DNA of 64,000 nt from Syntrophaceae bacterium (GTDB taxonomy: Bacteria; Desulfobacterota; BSN033; UBA1163), in contig JACAEV010000230.1 of the NCBI GenBank assembly GCA_013388645.1, forward strand, positions 1,716-65,715. The letters are read 5' to 3'. How positions within the stretch are numbered: position 1 is the stretch's first letter; the number at the start of each line of letters is the position of its first letter. The notes under the pieces are model-generated. The model worked only from the letters and a program-made list of their open reading frames with translations, did not search any database and was not told where the DNA came from. Below are positions 32,542-43,538 of the stretch, piece after piece. Both the position numbers and the translations under genes were made by a program.

Positions 32542-34293
32542 ATGGCAGGTAAGATTCACATTCTGCCGGATCATGTCTCCCAAATCATCGCTGCGGGGGA
32601 GGTCGTGGAGAGACCTGCCTCGGTCGTGAAGGAGCTCATGGAAAATGCCATCGATGCAGGAAGCACAGAAATCCTCGTTGAGCTCAAGGCCGGAGGACTT
32701 CAACTCATTCGCGTGGTGGATAATGGGGAGGGGATGGAGAAAGAAGATGTGCCCCGGGCCTTTCAAAGATATGCCACCAGTAAAATTAGAAATGCCGAGG
32801 ACCTTTATGCGATTCATACCTTAGGGTTTCGAGGGGAGGCCCTCCCCAGTATTTCAGAGGTTTCTAAAATTTCCCTTCAAACGAGGCCTCTTCATTCTCT
32901 TAGCGGAACGGAAGCGATCTGTGAAGGGGGTAAAATAAAAAGGATATCCGAGGTGGGTTGTCCTGTCGGGACAGAGGTGAGTGTCAAAGATATTTTTTAT
33001 AATCTCCCCGTCAAAAGGAAATTTCTGAAATCGATCCGCTCTGAGCTTCGGTATGCCCTGCTTCATTTTCTTCGGTTGAGTCTCTCTCACGCTTCTATTT
33101 CGTTCAAATTCGTCCACGATGGTCGAGTGCTCCATGAACATCCTGAGACCCCATCCGCCTTGGTCCGAATCGAAGCCATTTTAGGAAAGGAAATTTACTC
33201 TCATCTTCGTCCCATCGAGATCGAAGATCGGGAGATCAAGATCGCAGGGTTTGCGAGCCTTCCCTCCTTTTCAAAAAGAAATGCGGAAGGGCTTTATTTC
33301 TATGTCAACCAACGATTCATCAAAGATCGAATGATTTACAAAGCCGTGGTGGATGCCTATCATCATACTCTTCCGAACCACCAATTTCCGATCGTCATTC
33401 TCTTCATTTCAATCCCTCCCTCCACCGTGGACGTCAATATTCACCCAACCAAAGCGGAAGTGAAGTTTAGAGATCCAGAGAGAATCTACCAGACCATTTT
33501 AGCTTGTCTTCGAGGAGTGGTTGAGGAAGGCTCTTTCCGTCCTGCAGAAAGGCTATCTTGGGTAGAGAGAAGAGGGGATCCTTTTCAGAAAGACGTTCAG
33601 CCTTCTTTCTTCATTAGAGAGCCTCCCTCTCCGACCCCATTTTTGTCCTACGAAAAGGGGGAACCGGTTCCGATGGTTCAAGAGGGAGAGCGACCTCCAT
33701 GGAAAGTGGTTCCGTCCGCGTCTTATGCGGTGGTGGGTCAAATTCAAGGAACCTACATTCTCTGTGAAGGGGAGGGAAAGTTGATCTTTATTGATCAACA
33801 TGCCGCCCATGAGAGAATCCTTTTTGAAAAATTTAAAAAAGAATATGAATCCCGATCTGTCGTTTCAGAAAAATTACTATTCCCTATTTTATTAGAGGTG
33901 TCCTCCGAGGAATCCTCCCTCCTCGAATCAGGCGGAGAGGCATTGAGGGCGATGGGGTTTGACATCGAACCGGCGGGTGAAAAGCTCTACGTCATCCGAT
34001 CCGTTCCTTCCTTTATCGAGCCGAAAGATTCTCAAGATGTGGTCAGGGGGATATTGGAGGACCTATCTTTTTTAGAAGGAGTGGGAAGAGGGGAGGAAAC
34101 GCTTCATGCTATTTTAGTCACTTTGGCTTGCCATTCGGCGATCCGAGGGAATTTCCCATTAAAAAAAGAGGAAGCGGATAAATTGATTGAGTTTCTCGCT
34201 CCCTTTTCTCTTTCTACGACTTGCCCTCATGGCCGGCCTATCTTTTTCATCCTCCCCCTGGACGAATTAAAAAAACAGTTTAAGAGGAGATGA
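32542..34293 (+). CDS. mutL: DNA mismatch repair protein MutL
   Basis: GHKL ATPase N-terminus (AAGEVVERPASVVKELMENAIDAG..VDNG.G) and C-terminal dimerisation domain. Confidence 0.85.
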   Translation: MAGKIHILPDHVSQIIAAGEVVERPASVVKELMENAIDAGSTEILVELKAGGLQLIRVVDNGEGMEKEDVPRAFQRYATSKIRNAEDLYAIHTLGFRGEALPSISEVSKISLQTRPLHSLSGTEAICEGGKIKRISEVGCPVGTEVSVKDIFYNLPVKRKFLKSIRSELRYALLHFLRLSLSHASISFKFVHDGRVLHEHPETPSALVRIEAILGKEIYSHLRPIEIEDREIKIAGFASLPSFSKRNAEGLYFYVNQRFIKDRMIYKAVVDAYHHTLPNHQFPIVILFISIPPSTVDVNIHPTKAEVKFRDPERIYQTILACLRGVVEEGSFRPAERLSWVERRGDPFQKDVQPSFFIREPPSPTPFLSYEKGEPVPMVQEGERPPWKVVPSASYAVVGQIQGTYILCEGEGKLIFIDQHAAHERILFEKFKKEYESRSVVSEKLLFPILLEVSSEESSLLESGGEALRAMGFDIEPAGEKLYVIRSVPSFIEPKDSQDVVRGILEDLSFLEGVGRGEETLHAILVTLACHSAIRGNFPLKKEEADKLIEFLAPFSLSTTCPHGRPIFFILPLDELKKQFKRR

Positions 34294-34377
34294 ACAAAGG
34301 TTCTGATCAGGGAGATCGCTGGAAGGATACTGGCGAGCCGAAGTCTCCCGTTTAAAAGAGAAAGAGGCTCCGTCGAT

Positions 34378-35778
34378 TCAATCCCCTTGGGGATCCAGCC
34401 CGTGATTTAATCCATATTTCTCTAATCGATAACGCATGGAACGGAAATTAATGTGGAGGAGCTCTGCGGCTTTCTTTTTTATCCCTCTTGTTCTATCCAA
34501 GGCCTTCAACAGAAGAGTTCTCTCGAGTTCCTCAACAATTTTCTCCAGATCAATGCCCTCATTGGGAAGGTCGATGTCGATCGCTCCTTTTTTCAGCAAA
34601 GGCTGTTCACTCAAGTAAGAATTTAAATTGACCGCCATCAATTCTTGAGTTCCCTCTAATGCGACGGCTCGTTCGATAATATTTTGGAGCTCTCTGACGT
34701 TTCCCGGATACTCATAGCGGAGAAGAAGTTGGAGCGTTTCGGGAGAGATCTTGAGAATATTTTTATTTAATTCTTCTGAGTATTTTTTTAAGAAATGGTG
34801 TGCGAGAAGTGGAATGTCTTCTCGCCGCTCCCGGAGAGGTGGGAGTTTGATCTGGATCACATTGAGACGGTAAAATAAATCTTCGCGGAACAATTTTTCT
34901 CGCACCGCTCCTTCGAGATCCTTATTGGTCGCAGAGATGATTCGGACATCCACACGGATATCTTCTGTCCCCCCCACTCTCTTAAATTCTTTATCTTGTA
35001 ATACCCGCAGTAATTTCACCTGCATGAGGAGAGGAAGCTCGCTGATCTCGTCCAAAAAGATGGTCCCTTCATCGGCCACCTCAAACAATCCCTTTTTCGT
35101 AGCGATGGCATCCGTAAACGCTCCTCGCATGTGTCCAAAGAGTTCACTTTCAATGAGGGATTCAGGAATGGCCCCGCAATTTAATGTGACGAACGGTTTC
35201 TCTTTCCTGGGACTATTATAGTGGATCGCCTTGGCGACCAGCTCTTTCCCTGTCCCGCTTTCTCCGGTGATTAAGATATTGGTTTTCGTCGGGGAAACCT
35301 TCTCCAACAGGTCGTAGAGGGCCACCATTTTGGGACTCTGGCCGATGATGTTTCCGAAATGATATCGGTCTCTGACCACCTGCTTGAGGAGGATATTCTC
35401 CGTCTGTAAGTTTTTCTTTTCTAACGCATTTTTTATAATCAGCTTGATCTCTTCTACTTTGAAAGGTTTCGTGATGTAATCATAGGCCCCCTCCTTCATC
35501 GCTTTGATCGCCGTATCGGCAGAGGCATAAGCGGTGATCATGATGACAATGGTCTCGGGTGTGATCGCTTTAATCTTTTTTAATGTGGCGATGCCATCCA
35601 ATTTCGGCATCCGAATATCCAGGAGGACCAGATCGAAAAGATCATTTTCGATCAACTTGACGACTTCTTCCCCATTTGCAGCCAGAGAAACTTTATACCC
35701 TTCCTTTTTGAGCATGATCTCTAAAAATTCCCTCATGCTCTGTTCATCATCGGCAACTAATATTTTATCTTTCAGCAT
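34378..35778 (-). CDS. pilR: Sigma-54-dependent response regulator (NtrC family), PilR-like
   Basis: REC domain (ILVADDE), AAA+ sigma-54 activator (GESGTGKE, GAFTDA, ESELFGH) and C-terminal Fis-type HTH. It sits next to the pilS-like kinase and pil genes. Track start 35796 overlaps the kinase; ATG at 35778 has an AAAGGA RBS. Confidence 0.75.
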   Translation of the reverse strand: MLKDKILVADDEQSMREFLEIMLKKEGYKVSLAANGEEVVKLIENDLFDLVLLDIRMPKLDGIATLKKIKAITPETIVIMITAYASADTAIKAMKEGAYDYITKPFKVEEIKLIIKNALEKKNLQTENILLKQVVRDRYHFGNIIGQSPKMVALYDLLEKVSPTKTNILITGESGTGKELVAKAIHYNSPRKEKPFVTLNCGAIPESLIESELFGHMRGAFTDAIATKKGLFEVADEGTIFLDEISELPLLMQVKLLRVLQDKEFKRVGGTEDIRVDVRIISATNKDLEGAVREKLFREDLFYRLNVIQIKLPPLRERREDIPLLAHHFLKKYSEELNKNILKISPETLQLLLRYEYPGNVRELQNIIERAVALEGTQELMAVNLNSYLSEQPLLKKGAIDIDLPNEGIDLEKIVEELERTLLLKALDRTRGIKKKAAELLHINFRSMRYRLEKYGLNHGLDPQGD

Positions 35779-35788
35779 GCTCGATCCT

Positions 35789-37513
35789 TTATTCATCCGA
35801 TGGGAGAAAGAGGGTAAAGGTCGATCCCCTCCCTAACTCGCTTTCCACTTTGACGAGGCCATTGTGATTTTCGATGATTTTATGAACGATTGAAAGACCC
35901 AATCCTGTTCCATTTTCTTTGGTCGTGAAAAAGGGTTCGAATATTTTTTCTTTCTCATCAGGGGCGATCCCTTTTCCAGTGTCGGTGATCGATATCTTCA
36001 CCCATTCCTTCCCCTTGGAGGAGAGGGGGATGCGGGGCCCCTCTCCGTCACTTCCTTTTCTTAATTGGACCTGGATGTCTCCTCCCTTGGACATTGCTTG
36101 GGCAGCATTGTTGAAAAGGTTCCAAAAGACCTGCCTCATCTGATCTGGATCGATGGAGACACGGATTTCCGACTGGTGGTTGGGTCGAAGGATACGAATT
36201 CCCTCATGGAAAGAAGGGGAATGGTGGAATAGATCGATGGTCTCATCAATAATTTTTTCAATCGGATAGAAGATCTTATGGGTATGTGGAGGTTGAGCGA
36301 AAAGCAGAAAATCGGTGATCAAGGCATTGAGCCTCTCTGATTCTCGTAAGGTAATATCCATGAGATGCTGCTGGTGATCGTCCAAGGAGAGTTCCGATTT
36401 TAACATTTGAATCGATCCACTCAGGGAGGCCAAGGGGTTTCTAATCTCATGTGCCATGCCTGCCGCCAAAACACCGACTGCAGCCATGGTATCGACTCGT
36501 TTCATCTGTTCTTCCATCTCTTTGAATTGGGTGATGTCCTGGAAGATAAGGGTATGGCCGATCAAAGACCCATCTGGATTGGTGAGAGGGGAGATGGAAA
36601 ACCCAAGATATATTTTTTCCCCTTGAGGATTGGTCAAGAGGGTTTCATAACGTTGATACTCGGAGGAGGGCTGGCTTTCCTTTCTCTTGCTATTTTGGAG
36701 AACCTCATGAAGTTTGGGGAACAGGTCGAAAATAGAAGTCTCCTCTAATTTTTCCCCATTCCGATTCAAGATCTTTTCGGCCGTCCGGTTTAAAAAGTTT
36801 ATTTTTCCAGAGAGATCAATTGTCAAAAGTCCGCTGTCCAGGCTTTGAATAATATTTCGGTTAAAGGTCTCTAATTGGTTGTAATCCACCTGCTTCTGGA
36901 TCAACTCTTTTTTCTTTTTCTTTAATTCCTCTGAAACGATACTGCTTAAAAAGGCAACGATATAGAAAGCGGCCATGTAGATGACCAGGGAATAAAAGAT
37001 TTGGCTCGGATCGTAGGATGGGGATTGGCCGAAGGGATGAATCCAATGATGAAGCTGCAAAAGTAACAAAAGCCCATAAAGCAAGGAGGAGAAGGAGGCC
37101 GAAAAAAAGGCCCCTCGTTTATAGAAAATCATGCTGCTTCCGATAATTGTGAAGATATAAGTGATGGGGAAAAAGCTTTCTTTGCCACCCGTGAAATAAA
37201 TTAAGGCGGTAATGAAAAGATGGTCAGTGGCTATCTGAAAGAAGGCATATCGATCGAGATTTTTTACTTTTTTTATGAAGATCGCATAAACGATGGTGAT
37301 CAAGTAAAAAAAGCTGATGAAATAATAAAAGTAGTTGGTCAAATGGATAAAGAAGTATTTCTTTTCAGAAAGCTGAAATAGAAGGGAAATGGTGAGGAGA
37401 AGGGTGAGGATGATGATTCGCCCTAACATCAATCCTTTTAGATTTTTAAGCATTTTCTGATGTGTCTCTGTTGAAAGGGCGTCGTTCCTGTTCATGGGAA
37501 TCCAACCATTCAT
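35789..37513 (-). CDS. pilS: PAS-domain sensor histidine kinase, PilS-like
   Basis: Multi-TM N-terminus, PAS, HisKA (H-box AHEIRNPL) and HATPase_c (GTGLGLSIV). Start is uncertain: TTG at 37531, ATG at 37513 or ATG at 37495. Confidence 0.6.
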   Translation of the reverse strand: MNGWIPMNRNDALSTETHQKMLKNLKGLMLGRIIILTLLLTISLLFQLSEKKYFFIHLTNYFYYFISFFYLITIVYAIFIKKVKNLDRYAFFQIATDHLFITALIYFTGGKESFFPITYIFTIIGSSMIFYKRGAFFSASFSSLLYGLLLLLQLHHWIHPFGQSPSYDPSQIFYSLVIYMAAFYIVAFLSSIVSEELKKKKKELIQKQVDYNQLETFNRNIIQSLDSGLLTIDLSGKINFLNRTAEKILNRNGEKLEETSIFDLFPKLHEVLQNSKRKESQPSSEYQRYETLLTNPQGEKIYLGFSISPLTNPDGSLIGHTLIFQDITQFKEMEEQMKRVDTMAAVGVLAAGMAHEIRNPLASLSGSIQMLKSELSLDDHQQHLMDITLRESERLNALITDFLLFAQPPHTHKIFYPIEKIIDETIDLFHHSPSFHEGIRILRPNHQSEIRVSIDPDQMRQVFWNLFNNAAQAMSKGGDIQVQLRKGSDGEGPRIPLSSKGKEWVKISITDTGKGIAPDEKEKIFEPFFTTKENGTGLGLSIVHKIIENHNGLVKVESELGRGSTFTLFLPSDE

Positions 37514-37534
37514 ATTTTTGAGAGAGCACAAATT

Positions 37535-38740
37535 CTAACCGATAGCCGATGCCATGTTAAAAATAGGAAGATACATGGCGATGACCACACCTCCAATGAC
37601 GACTCCTAAAAAGACCATGAGGAACGGTTCGAGAAGCGAGGTCAGGTTGGCGACCGCGATGTCCACTTCCTCTTCATAAAAATCCGCAATCTTTGAGAGC
37701 ATGGAATCCAACGCTCCGGTGGATTCCCCCACCGAAATCATCTGGATGACCATGGGGGGGAAGATTCCGCTACGATTGAGGGGTTCCGCAATGGTTTCTC
37801 CTTCCCGAATGCTGGCCCTTGCATTGAGAATGGCTGTTTCGATGGTTCTGTTTCCAGAGGTCCTCGAGACAATGCTGAGCCCATCCAGGATGGGAACGCC
37901 GCTGCTGACCAGGGTTCCCAGAGTCCGTGAGAACCGAGCCACTGCAATCTTTTTAAATAAGGGTCCGAAGACGGGTAATTTTAAAAGAAGCTTGTCGATG
38001 ACCGCCCTTCCGTTAGTGGTTTGATAATATTTTTTAAAAAGGAAAAAGAAAAGGATGACCATGGGGATAAAAATGATCACATATTTCCTGACGAGTTTGC
38101 TGAAGGCTACTACGACGAGAGTGGGGAGGGGTAAATTTTGTCCGGATGATTTGAACATGCTCTCAAACACAGGGATGACAAAGATCATCAAGATCGCCAC
38201 GACGATAATCGCCACTCCCACAATCGTGGAAGGATAGATCAAGGCTGATTTCACCTTCTTCTTCAAGGCCTCCGACTTCTCAATATAATTCGCTAAACGG
38301 TTTAAAATATTATCCAAGATACCGCCTTCCTCGCCGGCCACGACCAGGTTCGTATACAATTCGTTGAAGGTCACCGGATGTTTTTTAAGGGCCCCTGCGA
38401 AGGTGGAGCCGCTTTCGACATCCTCTCTGATTTCACGAATGATGTTTTTAAAAGTTTTATGTTCTTGCTGCTGGGATAGAATCTCCAACGATTGAACCAA
38501 GGGTAATCCCGCATCGATCATGGTGGCGAGCTGCCGGGTAAAGATAGCCACCGATCGCTGTTTGACCTTTTTTTTGAAAGGTAAAGAGAGGGTTAATTCT
38601 TTTCCCTTTGAGACCACCTTGGTTGGGATGATACTTTGTTGTCGGAGATGAATCCGGATAGCAGCCTCATTGGGTGCTTCCATCTCTCCTTTTTTCAGGA
38701 CCCCCTTTGCCGTTTTTCCTTCCCACTTATAGATTGGCAT
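37535..38740 (-). CDS. pilC: Type IV pilus assembly platform protein PilC (GspF family)
   Basis: Two T2SSF repeats with 3 TM helices. 401 aa. Confidence 0.85.
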   Translation of the reverse strand: MPIYKWEGKTAKGVLKKGEMEAPNEAAIRIHLRQQSIIPTKVVSKGKELTLSLPFKKKVKQRSVAIFTRQLATMIDAGLPLVQSLEILSQQQEHKTFKNIIREIREDVESGSTFAGALKKHPVTFNELYTNLVVAGEEGGILDNILNRLANYIEKSEALKKKVKSALIYPSTIVGVAIIVVAILMIFVIPVFESMFKSSGQNLPLPTLVVVAFSKLVRKYVIIFIPMVILFFFLFKKYYQTTNGRAVIDKLLLKLPVFGPLFKKIAVARFSRTLGTLVSSGVPILDGLSIVSRTSGNRTIETAILNARASIREGETIAEPLNRSGIFPPMVIQMISVGESTGALDSMLSKIADFYEEEVDIAVANLTSLLEPFLMVFLGVVIGGVVIAMYLPIFNMASAIG

Positions 38741-38858
38741 AATTCTTTCCTTTCTTTAGTTGGTTTACCCTTTCGTGGTCAGTATTTCCTATCTCCTCTT
38801 TGACGTGTTCACATCCTACCCTCGCCTCTGAGGAAGCTCCCATAAGCGACGAGGGAGT

Positions 38859-39965
38859 TTAAGCAGGCCGAGCGACCCTTTCTTTCTTCCCTGCCGCAAT
38901 ATTGGCGTTTGAAAGCATTTGCCGAAATTCGTCTAAGTTATGGCTTCGATCCATGGCATCCTCCAAGGAGATCATATGGCGCTCGACCAGTGAAAGAAGA
39001 GCTTGGTTCATCGTCTGCATCCCGAATTTTGCTTGTCCCACTTGCATCAACGAATAAATCTGTTGGATTTTATCCTCCCGAATCAAGTTGCGAATAGCAG
39101 GGTTCGGGATCATGACCTCCATGGCCAAGGCGCGCCCTTTCCCACCGATCTTTGGAATCAGCTGCTGGGCCAACACCCCTTCCAAAACGAAGGAGAGTTG
39201 AGTTCGTATTTGGGTTTGTTGGTGAGGTGGAAAGACATCAATGATACGGTTAATGGTCTCGACACAAGAGTTGGTATGCAAGGTCGCAAAGGTCAGATGA
39301 CCCGTTTCTGCGCAGATGAGGGCGGCTTCGATCGTTTCCAAATCCCTCATCTCTCCGATCAAAATGATGTCCGGATCCTGCCGGAGGATATGCCGGAGCG
39401 CAGCCGAGAAGCTCTTGGTGTCCGAATTGACCTCTCTTTGGTTGACCATACAATTTTTATGGCGATGAAGGTACTCAATCGGATCTTCAATGGTGACGAT
39501 ATGGGCATTTTTTTCATTATTGATTTTATCGATCATCGCCGCTAAAGTGGTTGATTTTCCAGTCCCTGTCGGTCCGGTAACGAGGACGAGACCTTTGGGC
39601 TTCTTGAGGAGTTCATTGGCTACCGGAGGGATTCCCAGTTCAGAAAAATTGAGAATATCAAAAGAGATCGCCCGAAAGGCACCCGCGACTGCTCCACGCT
39701 GCATAAAAATGTTACCCCTGAAGCGACTCAGACCTTTAATTCCAAATGAAAAGTCCAGTTCCCAATCTTCTTCAAATTTATGTCTCTGGGCATCCGTCAA
39801 CACGCTATAACAGAGCCGTTTCGTTTCGGGAGCGGTTAAGATGTTGTTATCGAAGGTCATCAATTTCCCGTCAATCCGAAACTGAGGGGGAGATCCAGTG
39901 GTGATATGTAAATCGGACGCCTTTTTTTCAATCACAATTTCAAGCAATTTTTGTAATTCAGCCAT
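38859..39965 (-). CDS. pilT: Twitching motility retraction ATPase PilT
   Basis: Walker A GPTGTGKSTT, Asp box, Walker B, His box and the PilT-specific AIRNLIRE motif. 368 aa. Confidence 0.85.
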   Translation of the reverse strand: MAELQKLLEIVIEKKASDLHITTGSPPQFRIDGKLMTFDNNILTAPETKRLCYSVLTDAQRHKFEEDWELDFSFGIKGLSRFRGNIFMQRGAVAGAFRAISFDILNFSELGIPPVANELLKKPKGLVLVTGPTGTGKSTTLAAMIDKINNEKNAHIVTIEDPIEYLHRHKNCMVNQREVNSDTKSFSAALRHILRQDPDIILIGEMRDLETIEAALICAETGHLTFATLHTNSCVETINRIIDVFPPHQQTQIRTQLSFVLEGVLAQQLIPKIGGKGRALAMEVMIPNPAIRNLIREDKIQQIYSLMQVGQAKFGMQTMNQALLSLVERHMISLEDAMDRSHNLDEFRQMLSNANIAAGKKERVARPA

Positions 39966-39997
39966 CTCTTTTTTCCTCCGTTGGTTTCATCAAGCAA

Positions 39998-41800
39998 TCA
40001 TCGATCCTCGATCGTCGAACGAAAAACTTCTTCAATGGTCGTCACCCCATCTTTAATCTTTAAAATTCCACTTTGCCGTAATGTTTTCATTCCTAATCGA
40101 ATCGCTTCCTTTTTTATTTCAGAAGTGGAAGCTCGCGATAAGACGAGCTCTTTGATCTCTTCCTTCATGGGCATCACTTCATAGAGTCCAATTCTCCCTT
40201 TGTAGCCCGTATTGTTACACATAGGACATCCCTTCCCTTTGTAAACGGGGAACGATTTGACTTCATCCGGGGGGATTCCTAAATCGATTAAAAGTTGAGG
40301 ATGAACTTTGATCGGTTCTCTGCAATCCATACAGATTTTACGAATTAACCTTTGGGCTAAGATGAGGATCACCGCAGAGGAGATCAAGAAGGGTTCGATC
40401 CCCATGTCAATCAGCCGGGTGATCGTTCCAGGAGCATCGTTCGTGTGAACTGTGCTCAAAACCAGATGGCCGGTTAAGGCAGCCTGGACTGCGATTTGAG
40501 CGGTTTCGAAGTCACGAATCTCCCCGACCATGATGATGTCCGGGTCTTGACGGAGAAAAGAACGAAGGGAAGAGGCAAAGGTAAGCCCAATTTCTTCATG
40601 CATTTGAACCTGATTGATTCCCATAAAATTATATTCGATTGGATCTTCCGCTGTAATGATATTCTCGGTCTCTCTGTTTAATTCGGATAAAGCAGAGTAC
40701 AGGGTGGTGGTTTTTCCACTTCCGGTGGGGCCGGTTACGAGGATCATTCCTACCGGCTTATGAATCGCCGCCTTCAAATCTGCAAGCGACGATTCCTCAA
40801 ATCCTAATTTGGTCATATCCAATTGCAAAGCCGATTTATCTAATAAACGGAGGACTACTTTTTCTCCGAAGAGGGTGGGAATCGTCGAGACACGGAAATC
40901 CATTTCTCGCCCTTTCCCGAGCCGTAATTTAATCCGACCGTCTTGAGGAAGCCGTTTTTCAGCAATGTCCAATTTTGCCATAATTTTTAGACGTGAGGTC
41001 ATTGCATTTTTAATTTGAATGGGAAGCGACATGTCCCGTCTCAGGACACCGTCGATCCGATATCTCACTCGGAATGTCCTCTCATAAGGTTCAAAATGGA
41101 TATCACTGGCCCCTAATTTGATCGCTTTAATGAGAATGCCATTGACAATCTTGATGATCGGGCCTTCCATATCCATGACTTCTTCCGACCCGGTCTGTAA
41201 AGCCTCCACGACTTCAACGTTATCTACTGCGCCGTGCACTAATTTATTGAAGTCTTCGACATCGACGACATCGTCATCGATGGAAATGCCATCCAGAGCC
41301 GCATTCAGCTTCGACTCCTCCAGATCGTAATCACTCGCCTCAAAAGAGACACTTCCTAATCCGGCTACATTTCCACCCCCCCCATAATATTTTTTGATCG
41401 CATCAATAATCTCTGTCTCCGAGGCGACGACCGGTTCGACATTGAAGCCCGTCATAAATTTAATTTCGTCGATCACCACAATATTGCTGGGATCCGCCAT
41501 GGCGAGAGTCAATTTAGGACCCACTCGATTGATGGGGAGGATAAAATATTTTTTTGAAACACTGGAAGGAATTAACTTGATCACAGCGGGATTAATTTCC
41601 ATCTTGGATATTTTGACAGAGGGGACCCGATATTGAGCACTAAGAAAGGAGAGCAGCTCATCTTCTTTGATGTAACCTAATCTGACCAGATTTGATTCTA
41701 AGCGGCCCCCTTTTAGTTTTTGTTCATCCAATGCTTTTTTCAGTTGCTCAGGGGTAATAAAATTTCTTTTGATAAGGAGTTCGCCCAAACGCTCTGTCAA
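39998..41800 (-). CDS. pilB: Type IV pilus assembly ATPase PilB (GspE family)
   Basis: GSPII_E N-terminal domain, Walker A GPTGSGKTTT, and a tetracysteine motif (CMDC...CPMC). Track start 41809 is GTG abutting the RBS; TTG at 41800 has AAGAGGG 8 nt upstream. Confidence 0.8.
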   Translation of the reverse strand: MTERLGELLIKRNFITPEQLKKALDEQKLKGGRLESNLVRLGYIKEDELLSFLSAQYRVPSVKISKMEINPAVIKLIPSSVSKKYFILPINRVGPKLTLAMADPSNIVVIDEIKFMTGFNVEPVVASETEIIDAIKKYYGGGGNVAGLGSVSFEASDYDLEESKLNAALDGISIDDDVVDVEDFNKLVHGAVDNVEVVEALQTGSEEVMDMEGPIIKIVNGILIKAIKLGASDIHFEPYERTFRVRYRIDGVLRRDMSLPIQIKNAMTSRLKIMAKLDIAEKRLPQDGRIKLRLGKGREMDFRVSTIPTLFGEKVVLRLLDKSALQLDMTKLGFEESSLADLKAAIHKPVGMILVTGPTGSGKTTTLYSALSELNRETENIITAEDPIEYNFMGINQVQMHEEIGLTFASSLRSFLRQDPDIIMVGEIRDFETAQIAVQAALTGHLVLSTVHTNDAPGTITRLIDMGIEPFLISSAVILILAQRLIRKICMDCREPIKVHPQLLIDLGIPPDEVKSFPVYKGKGCPMCNNTGYKGRIGLYEVMPMKEEIKELVLSRASTSEIKKEAIRLGMKTLRQSGILKIKDGVTTIEEVFRSTIEDR

Positions 41801-42059
41801 ATTTTGCACCCTCTTAAGTTTTCGGAATAATTTAATTTATTAAGAAAGATAAATTTTTGTCAGAAACAGAATAAATATAAGCAAAATAAGTGCCAATTTT
41901 TGCCTGGTTTCAATTATTTGATTTTAATAATTTTTTTGTTTTCCTGATTTTTTATTTTTACAAAATAGTGCGAAACAATGAGGTCACTGGTTAATTATTA
42001 GCCAATATTCATCAAAAAAGGGTGAGGTGGCCTTCTGCGTGGGCGGATAAGGAATTTCT

Positions 42060-43538
42060 TTAAACTTCAATTGATGTTTCAGGAGGGGAGAGGGGTAAGA
42101 TCACGGTGAAGGAGCTTCCTTTTCCCAACTCACTATCTACTTTTATTTCACCTTGATGAGCTTCAACGATCCATTTACAAATGCTCAATCCGAGGCCGCT
42201 TCCTCCTTGTCCTCTTGAGCGAGCTTTATCCACTCGAAAGAATCGGTCAAATATTCTCTCTTGATCCTCTTTCGCAATCCCAATTCCAGTATCGGATACA
42301 ATAATCTGAGCAAATTCCTTCTTCCTCGCTTTGCCTTGGTTCGATAGATTTTCCATTAAGGGATCGATCCCTTTTTGAAGAGAAACATGGATCGAACCCC
42401 CTTCCTCCGTATACTTAATCCCATTTTCAATTAAATTGATAAATAGTTCTCTGATGCGTAACGCATCTCCAAAAATATGGATATCCGGATGGTGGTTCGA
42501 TGTCGAGAGTTGGAGCCCTTTTGATTTGGCGAGCCCCCCCATCTGAACAACCACTTCGTTGACGATCTGTGTCAAACTGATCTCCTCTTTGATCAACCGA
42601 ATCTCACCCGTATCCGCTTTTGAAAGAATCAAGAGATCCTCTACAATCTGTGACATTCGATTAATTTCCTCTAAATTGCTCCTCAACGTTTGCTGATATT
42701 CTTGGGGGGTTCGCTCCTTTCGAAGCATGACCTCGACCTCCCCTTTCAGAATGGTTAAGGGTGTTTTTAATTCATGGGAAGCATCAGAGCTAAATTGTTT
42801 GATTTGCCGGAAAGAACGATCCAATCGTGAAATCATCTCATTGAACGTTTCAATCAATCGTGATATTTCATCCTTCACCTTGGGTGGAGCAATCCGTTGG
42901 TTGAGGTTTTGCGAGGTGATCATCCTTGCGGTTTGGGTGATCTGGTCGACGGGTTTGAGAGCCTTGTGGGCTAAGAATTGACCTCCCAAACTTGCCACCA
43001 TCAGAGCGAGCGGCACTGTGATCATGAGGATGATAAACAAGGTATTGAGGGCATCTTCGACTTCTTCTAAGGAAGAGGCGATTTGGACAATTTTGGTGAC
43101 ATGATTATTTTCAATGACAGGAAAGGTGATGATTCTCAATGGGGTATTTTCAATCGAACGATTGGTTTCAAAGGTCACTAAGCCTTTCGAGGCGTTTTTC
43201 AGAGCGGTTAAACTGATCGGGAGTTGAACATTTTTGAGATTCTCAGATTTTCGCCCAATATTTCCCGATTCATCTAACACCTGAATAAATTTTCCTATTG
43301 GTTTTAGATTCAGGGAGGCCTCCAGGGCTTGGTCGATCGTTCCAAAGCCAAATTTGGATAAAGGGGAAACCGATTCAGAGGCGATCAGTTTAGCCAGTGA
43401 ACTCAATTTGTTATCAATATCTTGGTGGAGGCTTTTTGAAAGGGTGAAATACAAAAAACCGCTGAAGGAAATTAATAGGATTCCTAATATCAAAACATAC
43501 CATAGGGTCAGCTTGAACCTGAGACTTCTAAATTCCAT
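42060..43538 (-). CDS. Sensor histidine kinase (HAMP-HisKA-HATPase)
   Basis: Two TM helices flank a periplasmic domain, followed by HAMP, H-box SHELKTPL and G-boxes. Confidence 0.8.
   Translation of the reverse strand: MEFRSLRFKLTLWYVLILGILLISFSGFLYFTLSKSLHQDIDNKLSSLAKLIASESVSPLSKFGFGTIDQALEASLNLKPIGKFIQVLDESGNIGRKSENLKNVQLPISLTALKNASKGLVTFETNRSIENTPLRIITFPVIENNHVTKIVQIASSLEEVEDALNTLFIILMITVPLALMVASLGGQFLAHKALKPVDQITQTARMITSQNLNQRIAPPKVKDEISRLIETFNEMISRLDRSFRQIKQFSSDASHELKTPLTILKGEVEVMLRKERTPQEYQQTLRSNLEEINRMSQIVEDLLILSKADTGEIRLIKEEISLTQIVNEVVVQMGGLAKSKGLQLSTSNHHPDIHIFGDALRIRELFINLIENGIKYTEEGGSIHVSLQKGIDPLMENLSNQGKARKKEFAQIIVSDTGIGIAKEDQERIFDRFFRVDKARSRGQGGSGLGLSICKWIVEAHQGEIKVDSELGKGSSFTVILPLSPPETSIEV

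Noticed and set aside
39003-39545. 180-aa plus-strand ORF
   Set aside because: It is antisense to pilT, whose Walker motifs are intact on the minus strand. It has no RBS and is a shadow ORF.
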